The notes beneath the pieces were generated by a model. That model did no database searches, was not told the DNA's origin, and saw only the letters and a list, made by a program, of their open reading frames with translations. Positions 9,273-19,254 of a DNA stretch of 64,000 nucleotides are shown one piece after another. Position 1 is the first letter of the stretch, and each line of letters starts with the position of its first letter. This DNA is from Prevotella sp. (GTDB taxonomy: Bacteria > Bacteroidota > Bacteroidia > Bacteroidales > Bacteroidaceae). Both the position numbers and the translations under genes were made by a program. The DNA lies in NCBI GenBank assembly GCA_017474515.1, contig JAFVHN010000036.1, positions 1,819-65,818 of the forward strand. Reading direction: 5' to 3'.

Positions 9273-9869
9273 TTAGTCGAGCAAGACGGCTGAGCGCACG
9301 CGGCTGAGCGTCTCGGGCGTCATCTGAAGATAGCTGGCAATGTAGAGCAACGGGGCCCTGAGAGCCACTTGCGGCGAAAGCTTGCACATGCGGCGATAGC
9401 GGTTCTCGGCACTCTCAAAGCGCACCAGGTCGGCGTGCACCTGCGAGAGAATGAGCGACTCTTCAAGGATTTTCCTGTACAATATCTGAATGTTCACATT
9501 GTGCAGGGCCACTTCTTCAAGCCGCTGTTTGGGCAGTTCATAAAGGATGGTGGGTTCCAGGGCTTCAATCTGTTGCAACGATGGCGTTTCCTTGAACAGG
9601 CTTTCTATGCTCATCATGATGGTTCCCTCAACGGCCAGGTATTCCGTCACCTCCTTTCCCTTTTTCAGGTAATACTGCCTCAAGAGCCCTTTGTCAATGT
9701 AGATGATGCTCCTGCACACCTCGCCCTCGGAAAGCACCTTCTCGCCCTTGGCATATTTCTTTGCCACGAGCACGCTTTCCAGGATGTCGAGTTCATCGTG
9801 GGTCATCGTGCTGTATCTTCTTGCCAGTTCCCTCGCAATATCTCGCTTCGTGTTTTGTAGTTCTTTCAT
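9273..9869 (-). CDS. Crp/Fnr family (cNMP-binding) transcriptional regulator
   Basis: cNMP-like beta region (EGEVC...KGLLRQYY) and C-terminal HTH IASYLQMTPETLSRVR. Confidence 0.9.
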   Translation of the reverse strand: MKELQNTKRDIARELARRYSTMTHDELDILESVLVAKKYAKGEKVLSEGEVCRSIIYIDKGLLRQYYLKKGKEVTEYLAVEGTIMMSIESLFKETPSLQQIEALEPTILYELPKQRLEEVALHNVNIQILYRKILEESLILSQVHADLVRFESAENRYRRMCKLSPQVALRAPLLYIASYLQMTPETLSRVRSAVLLD

Positions 9870-9923
9870 GTTTGCTCCTTTCTTGGATTGAATTTGTATA
9901 GTAGGTTAGTGAAATTCTATATG

Positions 9924-11705
9924 TCAATCGAGTTTAAGCACGGCAAGGAAGGCTTTCTGAGGCACCTCCACGTTGCCGATTTGTTTCATTCGTTTCTTTC
10001 CCTTTTTCTGTTTTTCCAATAGCTTGCGTTTTCTGCTCACGTCGCCGCCATAACATTTGGCCGTGACGTCTTTTCTTACCTGTTTCACCGTTTCGCGTGC
10101 AATGATTTTGGCACCAATGGCAGCCTGGATGGCGATGTCGAACTGTTGCCGCGGTATCAGCTCTTTCAGTTTTTCACACATTCTCCGCCCGAAGGCCACG
10201 GCATTGTCGGCATGTGTCAGCGTGGACAGGGCATCCACCGACTCCCCGTTCAGCAGAATATCGAGCTTTATGAGTCTCGACGGCCGGTAGCTGTCCACAT
10301 GATAGTCGAACGAGGCATACCCCTTGCTGATGCTTTTCAGTTTGTCGTAGAAGTCGATCACTATTTCGCCCAGCGGCAGCATGAAATGCAATTCCACGCG
10401 GTTTCCGCTTACATATTCCTGGTTGATGAGTTCCCCGCGCTTGTCAAGGCATAGCCGCATGATGGGGCCTATAAACGAAGAATCGGTAATGATGCTCGCC
10501 CTGATGTAGGGTTCTTCTATGTGGTCGATGAGCGTCTGGTCGGGCAATCCCGAAGGATTGTGTACCTCCTTTTCCCCACCCTGCTTGTCGTAAACCATGT
10601 ACGACACGTTGGGCACGGTGGTGATAACCTCCATGTTGAACTCGCGGTCGAGCCTTTCCTGCACAATCTCCATGTGGAGCAGTCCCAGGAAGCCGCACCT
10701 GAATCCGAAGCCCAGCGCCACCGACGACTCGGGCGCAAATGTAAGCGCCGCATCATTGAGCTGAAGTTTCTCCAGCGACGCCCTCAGGTTCTCATATTCC
10801 GTGGGGTCGATGGGGTAAACACCCGCAAACACCATTGGCTTCACCTCCTGGAATCCCTCGATCGCCTTTTGGCATGGCCTGTCCACATGGGTGATGGTGT
10901 CGCCCACCTTCACGTCCTTCGAGTCCTTAATGCCGCTGATGATATATCCCACGTCGCCGGCGCTCATTTCCTGCCGTGGAATCATGTCCATCTTCAGCAC
11001 GCCTATTTCGTCGGCGTCATACTCCATGTCGGTGTTGAAGAACTTCACCTTGTCGCCTTTCCTGATGGTGCCGTTCTGAATTTTGAAATACGCTATGATT
11101 CCCCTGAACGAGTTGAACACGGAGTCGAAAATCAGAGCCTGCAACGGCGCATCCTTGTCGCCCTTGGGACATGGAATGCGGTCCACCACGGCCTTCAGTA
11201 TTTCGTCTATCCCCTCACCCGTTTTTCCGCTTGCCCTGATAATGTCTTTACGGTCACATCCTATGAGGTCGATGATTTCGTCTTCCACCTCCTCGGGCAT
11301 GGCGCTGGGCATGTCGATTTTGTTGATGACGGGAATGATTTCCAAGTCGTGGTCAATGGCCATGTAGAGGTTGGAAATGGTCTGCGCCTGCACGCCCTGG
11401 GTGGCGTCAACCACGAGCAGCGCTCCCTCGCAGGCGGCAATGCTTCGCGACACCTCGTATGAAAAGTCAACATGTCCCGGAGTGTCAATCAGATTGAGTA
11501 TGTACTTCTCATTGTCCTGCACATATTCCATCTGAATGGCATGGCTCTTGATGGTGATGCCCCTTTCTTTCTCAAGGTCCATGTCATCGAGCATCTGACC
11601 CTCGGTGATGGCGATGGTCTGAGTGCGCTCGAGCAGACGGTCGGCAATGGTCGATTTGCCATGGTCGATGTGGGCAATGATACAAAAGTTGCGAATATTT
11701 TGCAT
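9924..11705 (-). CDS. lepA: Translation elongation factor 4 (LepA)
   Basis: [36 protein letters not shown] and [18 protein letters not shown]. Confidence 0.99.
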   Translation of the reverse strand: MQNIRNFCIIAHIDHGKSTIADRLLERTQTIAITEGQMLDDMDLEKERGITIKSHAIQMEYVQDNEKYILNLIDTPGHVDFSYEVSRSIAACEGALLVVDATQGVQAQTISNLYMAIDHDLEIIPVINKIDMPSAMPEEVEDEIIDLIGCDRKDIIRASGKTGEGIDEILKAVVDRIPCPKGDKDAPLQALIFDSVFNSFRGIIAYFKIQNGTIRKGDKVKFFNTDMEYDADEIGVLKMDMIPRQEMSAGDVGYIISGIKDSKDVKVGDTITHVDRPCQKAIEGFQEVKPMVFAGVYPIDPTEYENLRASLEKLQLNDAALTFAPESSVALGFGFRCGFLGLLHMEIVQERLDREFNMEVITTVPNVSYMVYDKQGGEKEVHNPSGLPDQTLIDHIEEPYIRASIITDSSFIGPIMRLCLDKRGELINQEYVSGNRVELHFMLPLGEIVIDFYDKLKSISKGYASFDYHVDSYRPSRLIKLDILLNGESVDALSTLTHADNAVAFGRRMCEKLKELIPRQQFDIAIQAAIGAKIIARETVKQVRKDVTAKCYGGDVSRKRKLLEKQKKGKKRMKQIGNVEVPQKAFLAVLKLD

Positions 11706-11724
11706 TGACTTTTATTTTTGTATG

Positions 11725-11732
11725 CAAAGATA
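11725..11732 (-). promoter_or_regulatory. -7 promoter element of lepA
   Basis: Minus-strand TATCTTTG 20 nt upstream of the start. Confidence 0.65.
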
Positions 11733-11840
11733 CAAATAAATAAATAAAAAGTGAAAACTCAAAGGTGAAAAAATTATATTTCTTTTCATTTCATGGAAAA
11801 AGTGGCTCTCGGGGTGATGGAAAACGGGGTGAAAAGGGGC

Positions 11841-11934
11841 AAAAAAACAAAGCGACCGGCTTCACAGCCAATCGCTTCATATCTTCAATAGGTATTAGTT
11901 TTTTTAAGGTAAAAAGATTGTTTTCAGGATAACA
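11841..11934 (-). ncRNA. Putative ~95-nt stand-alone small RNA
   Basis: Consensus promoter directly upstream, an AU-rich body, and the terminator hairpin AAGCGATTGGCT-GTGA-AGCCGGTCGCTT followed by a U-tract. No ORF inside. Confidence 0.6.
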
Positions 11935-11937
11935 CTG

Positions 11938-11968
11938 CAAAGTTAAACACTTTTTTTAATCAACCAAA
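11938..11968 (-). promoter_or_regulatory. Promoter of the putative sRNA
   Basis: Minus strand: TTTG (11968-11965), 19-nt spacer, TAACTTTG (11945-11938). Confidence 0.7.
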
Positions 11969-12039
11969 ATAATCCTAACAGTTTTTTTTACGATTTAAAT
12001 TGTGTGGGAGCACAGTTGGAAAATTTTTACATTTTTAAC

Positions 12040-12062
12040 AAAACGTTTGCACAAACGTTTGC
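12040..12062. promoter_or_regulatory. Tandem LacI-family-like operators
   Basis: Two AAACGTTT palindromes, each followed by GC and 12 nt apart (AAAACGTTTGCACAAACGTTTGC). A central CG flanked by A/T is typical of LacI/GalR sites. Confidence 0.5.
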
Positions 12063-12151
12063 CAAAATTGTTTAATGAGTACATTTTTTACACGCAATAA
12101 TTCTTGCCGGCTTACATTTTAAACTTGGCAAAAAGTACCCGAAATAAAGAA

Positions 12152-12208
12152 AATCGGGAAGTCGCCTGCCAGAAAAGAGGACATTTTCCGGCGGGCGGCT
12201 TCCCGATT
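12152..12208 (-). terminator. Terminator downstream of carB
   Basis: Long GC stem AATCGGGAAGTCGCCTGCC...GGCGGGCGGCTTCCCGATT with an A-rich tract on its left. Confidence 0.75.
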
Positions 12209-12234
12209 ATAGTTTGCTATGTCAAAAAACGCTA

Positions 12235-15200
12235 TCAGCTGTTATACTCCTGCCAGCTTTTCACCTTGATGGCTTTGTCCTTGTAGGCACAGAAGGCCTC
12301 AATGAACGCCTTGGCCAGGCGCACGTTGGTCATCAGCGGAATGTTGTGGTCGATGGCCCCGCGCCTGATTCGGTAGCCGTTGGTCAGCTCGCGCTTGGTG
12401 CGGTTCTTGGGAACATTGATAATCAGGTCGAACTTATGCTGGGCTATCATGTCCATCACGTTGTTGTCGGCGTTCTCATCGGGCCATGCCACGGCCTCTG
12501 CCTTCACGCCGTTGTCGTTGAAGAACTTGGCCGTTCCCGCGGTGGCATAGATGACGTATCCGCTTTCCACCAGTTCCCTTACGGGTTCCAGCAGCGCCAC
12601 CTTCCCCTTGGCTCCGCCCGACGAAATCAGTATGCCCTTCTTCGGAAGCCGGTAGCCGGTGGCAATAAGGGCGTTGAGCATGGCCTCGTGAAGGTCGTCG
12701 CCCAGGCAACCCACTTCGCCCGTTGACGACATGTCCACGCCCAGCACGGGGTCGGCATTTTGCAATCTGGCAAACGAGAACTGACTGGCTTTCACGCCGA
12801 TGCGGTCAATGTCGAACTCGCTCTTGTCGGCCACCTCGTAGGGAGCGTCGAGCATGATCTTCGTGGCGGTTTCAATAAAGTTGCGCTTCAGGATTTTGCT
12901 CACGAAGGGAAACGAGCGCGAAGCACGCAGGTTGCACTCAATGACCTTCACCTCCCTGTTCTTGGCCAGGAACTGTATGTTGAAAGGTCCCGAAATGTTC
13001 AGTTCCTCAGCAATGCGCCGCGAAATCTTCTTTATCTGCCTGATGGTGGAGAAATAGATGTGCTGGGCCGGGAACACCATGGTGGCATCGCCGGAATGCA
13101 CGCCGGCGTATTCCACGTGTTCCGAAATAGCATATTCCACAATGCGGCCCTTGTCGGCCACGGCGTCGAACTCTATCTCCTTGGTGTCCTGCATGAACTG
13201 GCTGACCACCACGGGGAACTCTTTCGACACCTCGGTGGCCATTTTCAGGAACCGCTCCAGTTCCTCGTTGTTGTAGCACACGTTCATGGCAGCACCCGAC
13301 AACACGTATGAGGGCCTCACGAGCACGGGGTATCCCACTTCTTCCACAAACTCCTTGATGTCGTCGAGCGAGGTCAGCGCGCGCCAAGCCGGCTGGTCGA
13401 TGTGCAGTTTGTCGAGCATGGCCGAGAACTTGTCGCGGTTTTCGGCACGGTCGATGTTCACCGGCGAGGTGCCCAGCACGGGCACGCCCTGCCTGTAGAG
13501 TTTCATGGCCAGGTTGTTCGGAATCTGTCCGCCCACGCTGACGATGACCCCGCGCGGCTCCTCCAGGTCGATGACGTCGAGCACACGTTCCAATGACAAC
13601 TCGTCGAAATAGAGGCGGTCGCACATGTCGTAGTCGGTGGAAACCGTTTCGGGGTTATAGTTAATCATAATGCTCCTGTAGCCCAGCTTCCTGGCCGTGT
13701 TGATGGCATTGACCGAGCACCAGTCGAACTCGACGCTCGACCCGATGCGGTAGGCTCCCGAGCCGAGCACCACCACCGACTTGTCGTTCTTGTAGTAGTT
13801 GATGTCGTGGCCCTCCACGGCATAGGTCATGTAGAGGTAGTTGGTCAGTTCGGGATGTTCCGAGGCCACGGTGGGAATGCGCTTCACGGCGGGCACTATG
13901 CCTTTCCGTTTCCTGTGCTGCCTCACCTTCAGGTTCTCTTTCTCCATGTTTCCGCCCAAGGGTTTCAGCACGAAGCGGGCTATCTGGAAATCGCTGAAGC
14001 CGTTCACCTTAGCTTCTTCCAGCAACTCGTCGGGAAGTTCTTCCAGGCTATTGTATTCCTGTAGCCGGTGCTTCAAGTCAACAATGTGCTTCAGCCGGTT
14101 GAGGAACCAAACGTCAATCTTCGTGAGCTGTTCTATGCGCTCCACGGTGTACCCCTCCTCCAGGGCCTGTGCAATGGCGAAGATGCGCAGGTCGGTGGGG
14201 TTCTCCAGCGCGTCGTCGAGGTTGTCGAAACGCGTGTGGTCATTGCCCACAAAGCCGTGCATGCCCTGCCCTATCATCCTGAGGCCCTTCTGCATCATCT
14301 CTTCGAAGGAGCGGCCGATGCTCATGATTTCGCCCACCGACTTCATGCTGGAGCCGATTTGCCGGCTCACGCCCGAGAACTTGGTGAGGTCCCAACGCGG
14401 AATCTTGCAAATCATGTAGTCGAGGCTCGGGGCCACATAGGCCGAGTTGGTGGTTCCCATCTCGCCAATTTGGTCGAGGGTGTAGCCCAGCGCAATCTTT
14501 GCCGCCACGAAGGCCAGCGGGTAACCGGTGGCCTTGCTGGCCAGGGCCGACGAGCGCGACAACCGGGCGTTGATTTCTATGATACGGTAGTCGTTGGTCT
14601 GTGCGTTGAAGGCAAACTGGATGTTGCACTCGCCCACGATGTTGAGGTGTTTCACGCACTTGATGGACAACTCCTGAAGTTGCTTCACCTGATCGTCGGT
14701 GAGCGAGCAGGTGGGCGCCACCACTATCGACTCGCCGGTATGGATGCCCAGCGGGTCGAAATTTTCCATCGAGGCCACGGTGAAGCAGCGGTCGTTGGCA
14801 TCGCGGATGACCTCGAACTCAATCTCTTTCCACCCTTTCAGGCTCTCTTCCACCAGTATCTGGGGTGCAAAGGTGAAGGCGCTTTCGGCCAGTTCGCGGA
14901 ACTTCTTCTCGTCGGGGCAGATGCCCGAGCCCAGTCCGCCAAGGGCGTAGGCTGAGCGAATCATCACCGGGAAGCCTATTTCATGGGCGGCGCGCAGGGC
15001 GTCGTCCATGTTCTCCACGGCATGGCTAACGGGCGTCTTCAGCTCCACCTCGTTGAGTTTTTTCACAAAGAGGTCCCTGTCTTCAGTGTTCATAATGGCC
15101 TCCACGCTGGTTCCGAGCACTTCAACGCCATACTCCTTGAGCGTGCCGTTCTGATAGAGTTCGGTACCGCAGTTCAACGCCGTCTGTCCGCCGAAGGCCA

Positions 15201-15456
15201 GCAGGATGCCGTCGGGGCGCTCCTTCTTGATGATTTCGGTGACGAAATAGGTGTTGACGGGCTGGAAATAAACTTTGTCGGCGATGCCTTCCGAGGTCTG
15301 GATGGTGGCGATGTTGGGGTTCACCAGAACGCTGCTGATGCCTTCCTCGCGCAAGGCTTTCAATGCCTGGGAACCAGAATAGTCGAACTCACCGGCCTGG
15401 CCTATCTTCAAGGCTCCTGAGCCAAGTACCAATACTTTGCTAAGTTTCTTTTTCAT
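12235..15456 (-). CDS. carB: Carbamoyl-phosphate synthase large subunit
   Basis: GSGALKIGQAGEFDYSG, duplicated ATP-grasp halves, NPETVSTDYD and C-terminal MGS domain. Start at MKKKLSKV. Confidence 0.98.
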   Translation of the reverse strand: MKKKLSKVLVLGSGALKIGQAGEFDYSGSQALKALREEGISSVLVNPNIATIQTSEGIADKVYFQPVNTYFVTEIIKKERPDGILLAFGGQTALNCGTELYQNGTLKEYGVEVLGTSVEAIMNTEDRDLFVKKLNEVELKTPVSHAVENMDDALRAAHEIGFPVMIRSAYALGGLGSGICPDEKKFRELAESAFTFAPQILVEESLKGWKEIEFEVIRDANDRCFTVASMENFDPLGIHTGESIVVAPTCSLTDDQVKQLQELSIKCVKHLNIVGECNIQFAFNAQTNDYRIIEINARLSRSSALASKATGYPLAFVAAKIALGYTLDQIGEMGTTNSAYVAPSLDYMICKIPRWDLTKFSGVSRQIGSSMKSVGEIMSIGRSFEEMMQKGLRMIGQGMHGFVGNDHTRFDNLDDALENPTDLRIFAIAQALEEGYTVERIEQLTKIDVWFLNRLKHIVDLKHRLQEYNSLEELPDELLEEAKVNGFSDFQIARFVLKPLGGNMEKENLKVRQHRKRKGIVPAVKRIPTVASEHPELTNYLYMTYAVEGHDINYYKNDKSVVVLGSGAYRIGSSVEFDWCSVNAINTARKLGYRSIMINYNPETVSTDYDMCDRLYFDELSLERVLDVIDLEEPRGVIVSVGGQIPNNLAMKLYRQGVPVLGTSPVNIDRAENRDKFSAMLDKLHIDQPAWRALTSLDDIKEFVEEVGYPVLVRPSYVLSGAAMNVCYNNEELERFLKMATEVSKEFPVVVSQFMQDTKEIEFDAVADKGRIVEYAISEHVEYAGVHSGDATMVFPAQHIYFSTIRQIKKISRRIAEELNISGPFNIQFLAKNREVKVIECNLRASRSFPFVSKILKRNFIETATKIMLDAPYEVADKSEFDIDRIGVKASQFSFARLQNADPVLGVDMSSTGEVGCLGDDLHEAMLNALIATGYRLPKKGILISSGGAKGKVALLEPVRELVESGYVIYATAGTAKFFNDNGVKAEAVAWPDENADNNVMDMIAQHKFDLIINVPKNRTKRELTNGYRIRRGAIDHNIPLMTNVRLAKAFIEAFCAYKDKAIKVKSWQEYNS

Positions 15457-15489
15457 AATAAAATGACAGTAAATTATCTTTTTGCGTTG

Positions 15490-15497
15490 CAAAGGTA
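15490..15497 (-). promoter_or_regulatory. -7 promoter element of carB
   Basis: Minus-strand TACCTTTG 34 nt upstream of the start. Confidence 0.65.
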
Positions 15498-15687
15498 CAC
15501 ATTATTTTCAGAATATATGTCACTATAACACTTTTTTTTCGGTTTTAATGATAATTTGTTGGCGCGCACATCGATTATGGCGGTCTCACAGCGGGCAGAC
15601 AACCGTTGTGGCGTGTCAAGAAATACATATCACGCACAAGAAAAAGCAATCGATTTGACCGGCTTTTTCGACCTCGGAAAAGACGTT

Positions 15688-15886
15688 TTGTAAAGATTTT
15701 TCAGAAACATAATTTGTATCATGGAGTTTGACCGCAAATTGCGGGGAGAGATTTTGAAGATTGAGAGGAGAAATTTTGAAGTTTGAGAGGTGAAATTTGC
15801 GGTCAAACTCCCCGTGTTTATAAAGTGCCTGATTATCAACACATTACAAAACACTCGTAATTTTGATAAAATTGTAAAGAAATTTT
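15688..15886. repeat. ~200-bp dispersed palindromic element, copy 1
   Basis: Perfect 18-bp inverted repeat (15723-15740 / 15794-15811) around 22-bp tandem units. TTGTAAAGA at both ends. Colinear with 49366-49564. Confidence 0.8.
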
Positions 15887-16124
15887 ACCTCTTCTAACGG
15901 AAAACCGACACATCAAAAAAGTATGGAAAAACAATAGAAAGTGGTACATATTTGCGACGAGCCGCCCTGAAAAGTATTTATAAAGACCATACAAAACCTT
16001 ACACCTTATTATATATATAGGGGATGACGGCGGCTGGCAAAACGGCCGATGCGTTAATCTTCATAAAAAAGTTCGTTTCTTACCACATTTCTTTGTACAT
16101 TTGCCGAAAAAAAAAGGAAACGAC

Positions 16125-17108
16125 ATGAAATTGATAAGATGGGGGTTCATTGGCTGCGGCGAGGTGACGGAACGGAAATCGGGCCCGGCCTTCAACGAAG
16201 TGACGGGGTCGCACGTGGTGGCCGTGATGTGCCGCAACAAGGAACGCGTGCGCAAATATGCTGAGGACCACGATGTTAAGAAGTGGTACACCGACGCTCA
16301 GGAACTCATTAACGATCCCGAGGTGAACGCCGTCTATGTGGCCACGCCCCCAAGTTCCCACGCCACCTATGCCATTATGTCCATGCGCGCCGGCAAGCCC
16401 GTCTATGTGGAAAAGCCGCTGGCCGCCTCCTACGACGACTGCACGCGGGTAAACCGCGTGAGCGAGCAGACGGGGGTGCCCTGCTTCGTGGCCTATTATC
16501 GCCGCTACCTGCCCTATTTCAACAAGGTGCGCGAAATAGTGGGAAGCGGAACCTTGGGGCGCATTGTCAATGTGCAGCTACGGTTCTCTACCCCACCCCG
16601 CCCGCAGGACTATCGAACGGGGAGCAGCCTGCCATGGCGATTGCAACGCGACATTTCGGGCGGAGGCTATTTCTACGACCTGGCACCCCACCAGCTCGAC
16701 ATCCTGCAAGAGTTGTTCGGCGTCATTGTGGAAGCCGACGGCATCTGCGCCAACCGCGGCGGACTCTATGAGGTGGAGGACAGCGTGAGCGCGTGCTTCC
16801 GCTTCGAGAACGGCGTGCCAGGAAGCGGGTCGTGGTGCTTCGTGGGCCACGAATCGGCACGCGAGGACTGCATAGAAGTGGTCGGCGAGAACGGCACGCT
16901 ATGCTTTTCCGTCTTCAGCTATTCGCCCATTCACCTGATTACGAGCGACGGCGACAACCTCATCACCGTGCCCAATCCGCCATACGTGCAACTGCCCATC
17001 ATCCGCTCGGTGATTGAAGACCTGCAGGGCATCGGCGTGTGCAAGGCAACATGCGTAAGCGCCACACCCGTGAACTGGGTGATGGACCGCATACTGGGGA
17101 AATTTTGA
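16125..17108 (+). CDS. Gfo/Idh/MocA family oxidoreductase
   Basis: WGFIGCG Rossmann start, VYVATPP, VEKPLA and GGGYFYDLAPH. TACATTTG promoter at 16096-16103. Confidence 0.92.
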   Translation: MKLIRWGFIGCGEVTERKSGPAFNEVTGSHVVAVMCRNKERVRKYAEDHDVKKWYTDAQELINDPEVNAVYVATPPSSHATYAIMSMRAGKPVYVEKPLAASYDDCTRVNRVSEQTGVPCFVAYYRRYLPYFNKVREIVGSGTLGRIVNVQLRFSTPPRPQDYRTGSSLPWRLQRDISGGGYFYDLAPHQLDILQELFGVIVEADGICANRGGLYEVEDSVSACFRFENGVPGSGSWCFVGHESAREDCIEVVGENGTLCFSVFSYSPIHLITSDGDNLITVPNPPYVQLPIIRSVIEDLQGIGVCKATCVSATPVNWVMDRILGKF

Positions 17109-17119
17109 AAAGTGAAAAG

Positions 17120-18268
17120 GTGAAAAATATCCTACATCCACATCGTTTGCCGGCTATGGTTTTCCTTTGTATGATGATGGCCGTCGCGCCACTTCACGCG
17201 GAGGAGATGACGGAGAATGCCGATTCCGTGGAAAAAACCGTGGAAAAGCGGCCCGACGTGTTCCACCGCGTGGGCAACTTCTTCACCAAATACTTCCGCG
17301 ACTTCAACGAAATCGACACCACATACATAGAGCCGCAACACTACAACTACGCGCTGATGCTCCAGAACACAAACACCTACGAAACCTACACACTGCGCTC
17401 GAAAACCGGGCAGAGCATCTTCTTCGCACCTCAGCCCACCTACCGCATTGGCCCGTACTTCGGATGGCGGTGGATTTTCCTGGGCTACACCTTCGACGTG
17501 AAACACCTCACCAACTCGCACAACAAGAAAGAGTTCGACATCAGCCTCTATAGCAACCTGGTGTGCGTGGACCTGTATTACCGCAAGACCGGCAACGACT
17601 ACCTTATCAGGCAGATAGACCTGAACAACGGCGACGGGCGGCGCAACCTGCACCATGTGAACTTCGACGGGCTGAACGTGGGCATCACGGGCGTTGACCT
17701 GCACTACATCTTCAACCACAAGAAATTCTCCTATCCGGCGGCCTTCAGCCAGAGCACCGTGCAAAGGAAATCGTGCGGAACGGCACTGGCCGGCATAGGA
17801 TACACCAAACACAGCATCGACCTGGACTTCGACAGGTTGCAGGATGTGGTGAAAAAAAATGTCGTGGACATCAACCGCGAGCAGGAAGTGAAGCTCGACA
17901 GTGGGCTGATGTTCAAGAAAGTGAGCTACACAAACATCTCTATGTCAGGTGGATATGCCTACAACTGGGTGTTTGCACGCAACTGGCTCCTGGCGGGGTC
18001 GTTGTCGTTGTCGATGGGATATAAACGCGCGGCCGGCGACCTGAGAAGAGACGAGCGCACCATTTTGCGCGACTTTTCGTTCCAGAATGTCGTGCTCGAC
18101 GGCACAGGGCGTTTCGGCATCGTGTGGAACAACACCAAATGGTTTGCGGGAATGAGCGCCATCGTACATAGCTACAACTACCGGAAGGCGCAATTCTCGA
18201 CCAACAACTCCTTCGGAAGCCTTAACTTCTACGCGGGATTTAACTTCAACCGCAAGCGGGGACACTGA
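17120..18268 (+). CDS. DUF4421-like outer-membrane beta-barrel protein
   Basis: Signal peptide (..APLHA), DTTYIEPQHYN, FNHKKFSYPAAFSQS and an aromatic-rich C-terminus. Start is uncertain (GTG 17120 or ATG 17156). Confidence 0.75.
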   Translation: MKNILHPHRLPAMVFLCMMMAVAPLHAEEMTENADSVEKTVEKRPDVFHRVGNFFTKYFRDFNEIDTTYIEPQHYNYALMLQNTNTYETYTLRSKTGQSIFFAPQPTYRIGPYFGWRWIFLGYTFDVKHLTNSHNKKEFDISLYSNLVCVDLYYRKTGNDYLIRQIDLNNGDGRRNLHHVNFDGLNVGITGVDLHYIFNHKKFSYPAAFSQSTVQRKSCGTALAGIGYTKHSIDLDFDRLQDVVKKNVVDINREQEVKLDSGLMFKKVSYTNISMSGGYAYNWVFARNWLLAGSLSLSMGYKRAAGDLRRDERTILRDFSFQNVVLDGTGRFGIVWNNTKWFAGMSAIVHSYNYRKAQFSTNNSFGSLNFYAGFNFNRKRGH

Positions 18269-18300
18269 CCGCGGTTCACACAATAAAAAAAGGAAACAAC

Positions 18301-19176
18301 ATGAAGAAAATCTTTTTCGGACTTTTACTGGCCATTTTGGCAACAACGGCAAAGGCGCAACTGGTAAGCTATGAAAAAAGTGATAGCGCGCTCGTTTTAT
18401 CACTATTGAAAGAAGCCCGGCAACAACCGTCGGGCACCAACATGGTGATTTGGTTCGGACGACAACTACAGGGCGTGCCATACGTGGCACACACGCTGGA
18501 GCCGTTTGACAAAGAGCGGCTCATCGTCAACCTGCGCGAACTGGACTGCACCACGTTTGTAGAGAACGTCGTGGCCCTCACCATGTGCCATAAGGACAGC
18601 CTGTGCTCCTTCGAGGCCTTTTGCCACATCCTCCAGAAACTGCGCTATGAGCAGGGCGACGTGCCGGCATACATCAAGCGCAACCATTATTTCACTTCCT
18701 GGATAGAGGACAACTCAAGCATGGGCTTTTGCTATGAATTGCAGTCGCCCAACCCGCCGTTCACCGCCCTGCAGACCATTCACGTGGACTACATGACGAA
18801 AAACGTGGACAAATACCGCATGCTGACGGTCAACCCGCAAGACGTGCCGGAAATAAGGAAAATGGAAGAAAGCATAGAGGGGAAAAAGTATCGCTATATT
18901 CCCATTTCAGAAATCAACAACACCAAACTATTGCGCGAAACGGTTCACGACGGCGACATCTTAGCCATCATCACCAATGTGAAAGGCCTTGACACACAGC
19001 ACATTGCCCTTGCCCTGTGGCACGATGACGGCCTGCACATCCTCCATGCGTCGAGCGTGAGAAAGAAAGTGGTTGACGAGCCCGTACCCCTGAAGCAGTA
19101 CCTCATCAACCGAAAGACCACACCCGGCATCCGCGTGGTTAGAATTAGGAATGAGGAATTAGGAATGAGGAATTAG
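18301..19176 (+). CDS. DUF1460 / AmiA-like N-acetylmuramoyl-L-alanine amidase (NlpC/P60 fold)
   Basis: Signal peptide, PYVAHTLE, catalytic-Cys motif LDCTTFVE, RNHYF, GLDTQH and HASS. Confidence 0.88.
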   Translation: MKKIFFGLLLAILATTAKAQLVSYEKSDSALVLSLLKEARQQPSGTNMVIWFGRQLQGVPYVAHTLEPFDKERLIVNLRELDCTTFVENVVALTMCHKDSLCSFEAFCHILQKLRYEQGDVPAYIKRNHYFTSWIEDNSSMGFCYELQSPNPPFTALQTIHVDYMTKNVDKYRMLTVNPQDVPEIRKMEESIEGKKYRYIPISEINNTKLLRETVHDGDILAIITNVKGLDTQHIALALWHDDGLHILHASSVRKKVVDEPVPLKQYLINRKTTPGIRVVRIRNEELGMRN

Positions 19177-19254
19177 GAATGAGGAATTAGGAATGAGGAA
19201 TTAGGAATGAGGAATGACAGCAATTCCTAATTCCTCATTCCTCATTCCTCATTC
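19142..19254. repeat. Inverted heptamer tandem arrays (GAATTAG/GAATGAG)
   Basis: 11 heptamer units at 19142-19218 (first ten strictly alternating), a 3-nt spacer, then about 5 reverse-complement units at 19222-19254. The arrays overlap the stop codons of both convergent genes. Confidence 0.95.
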
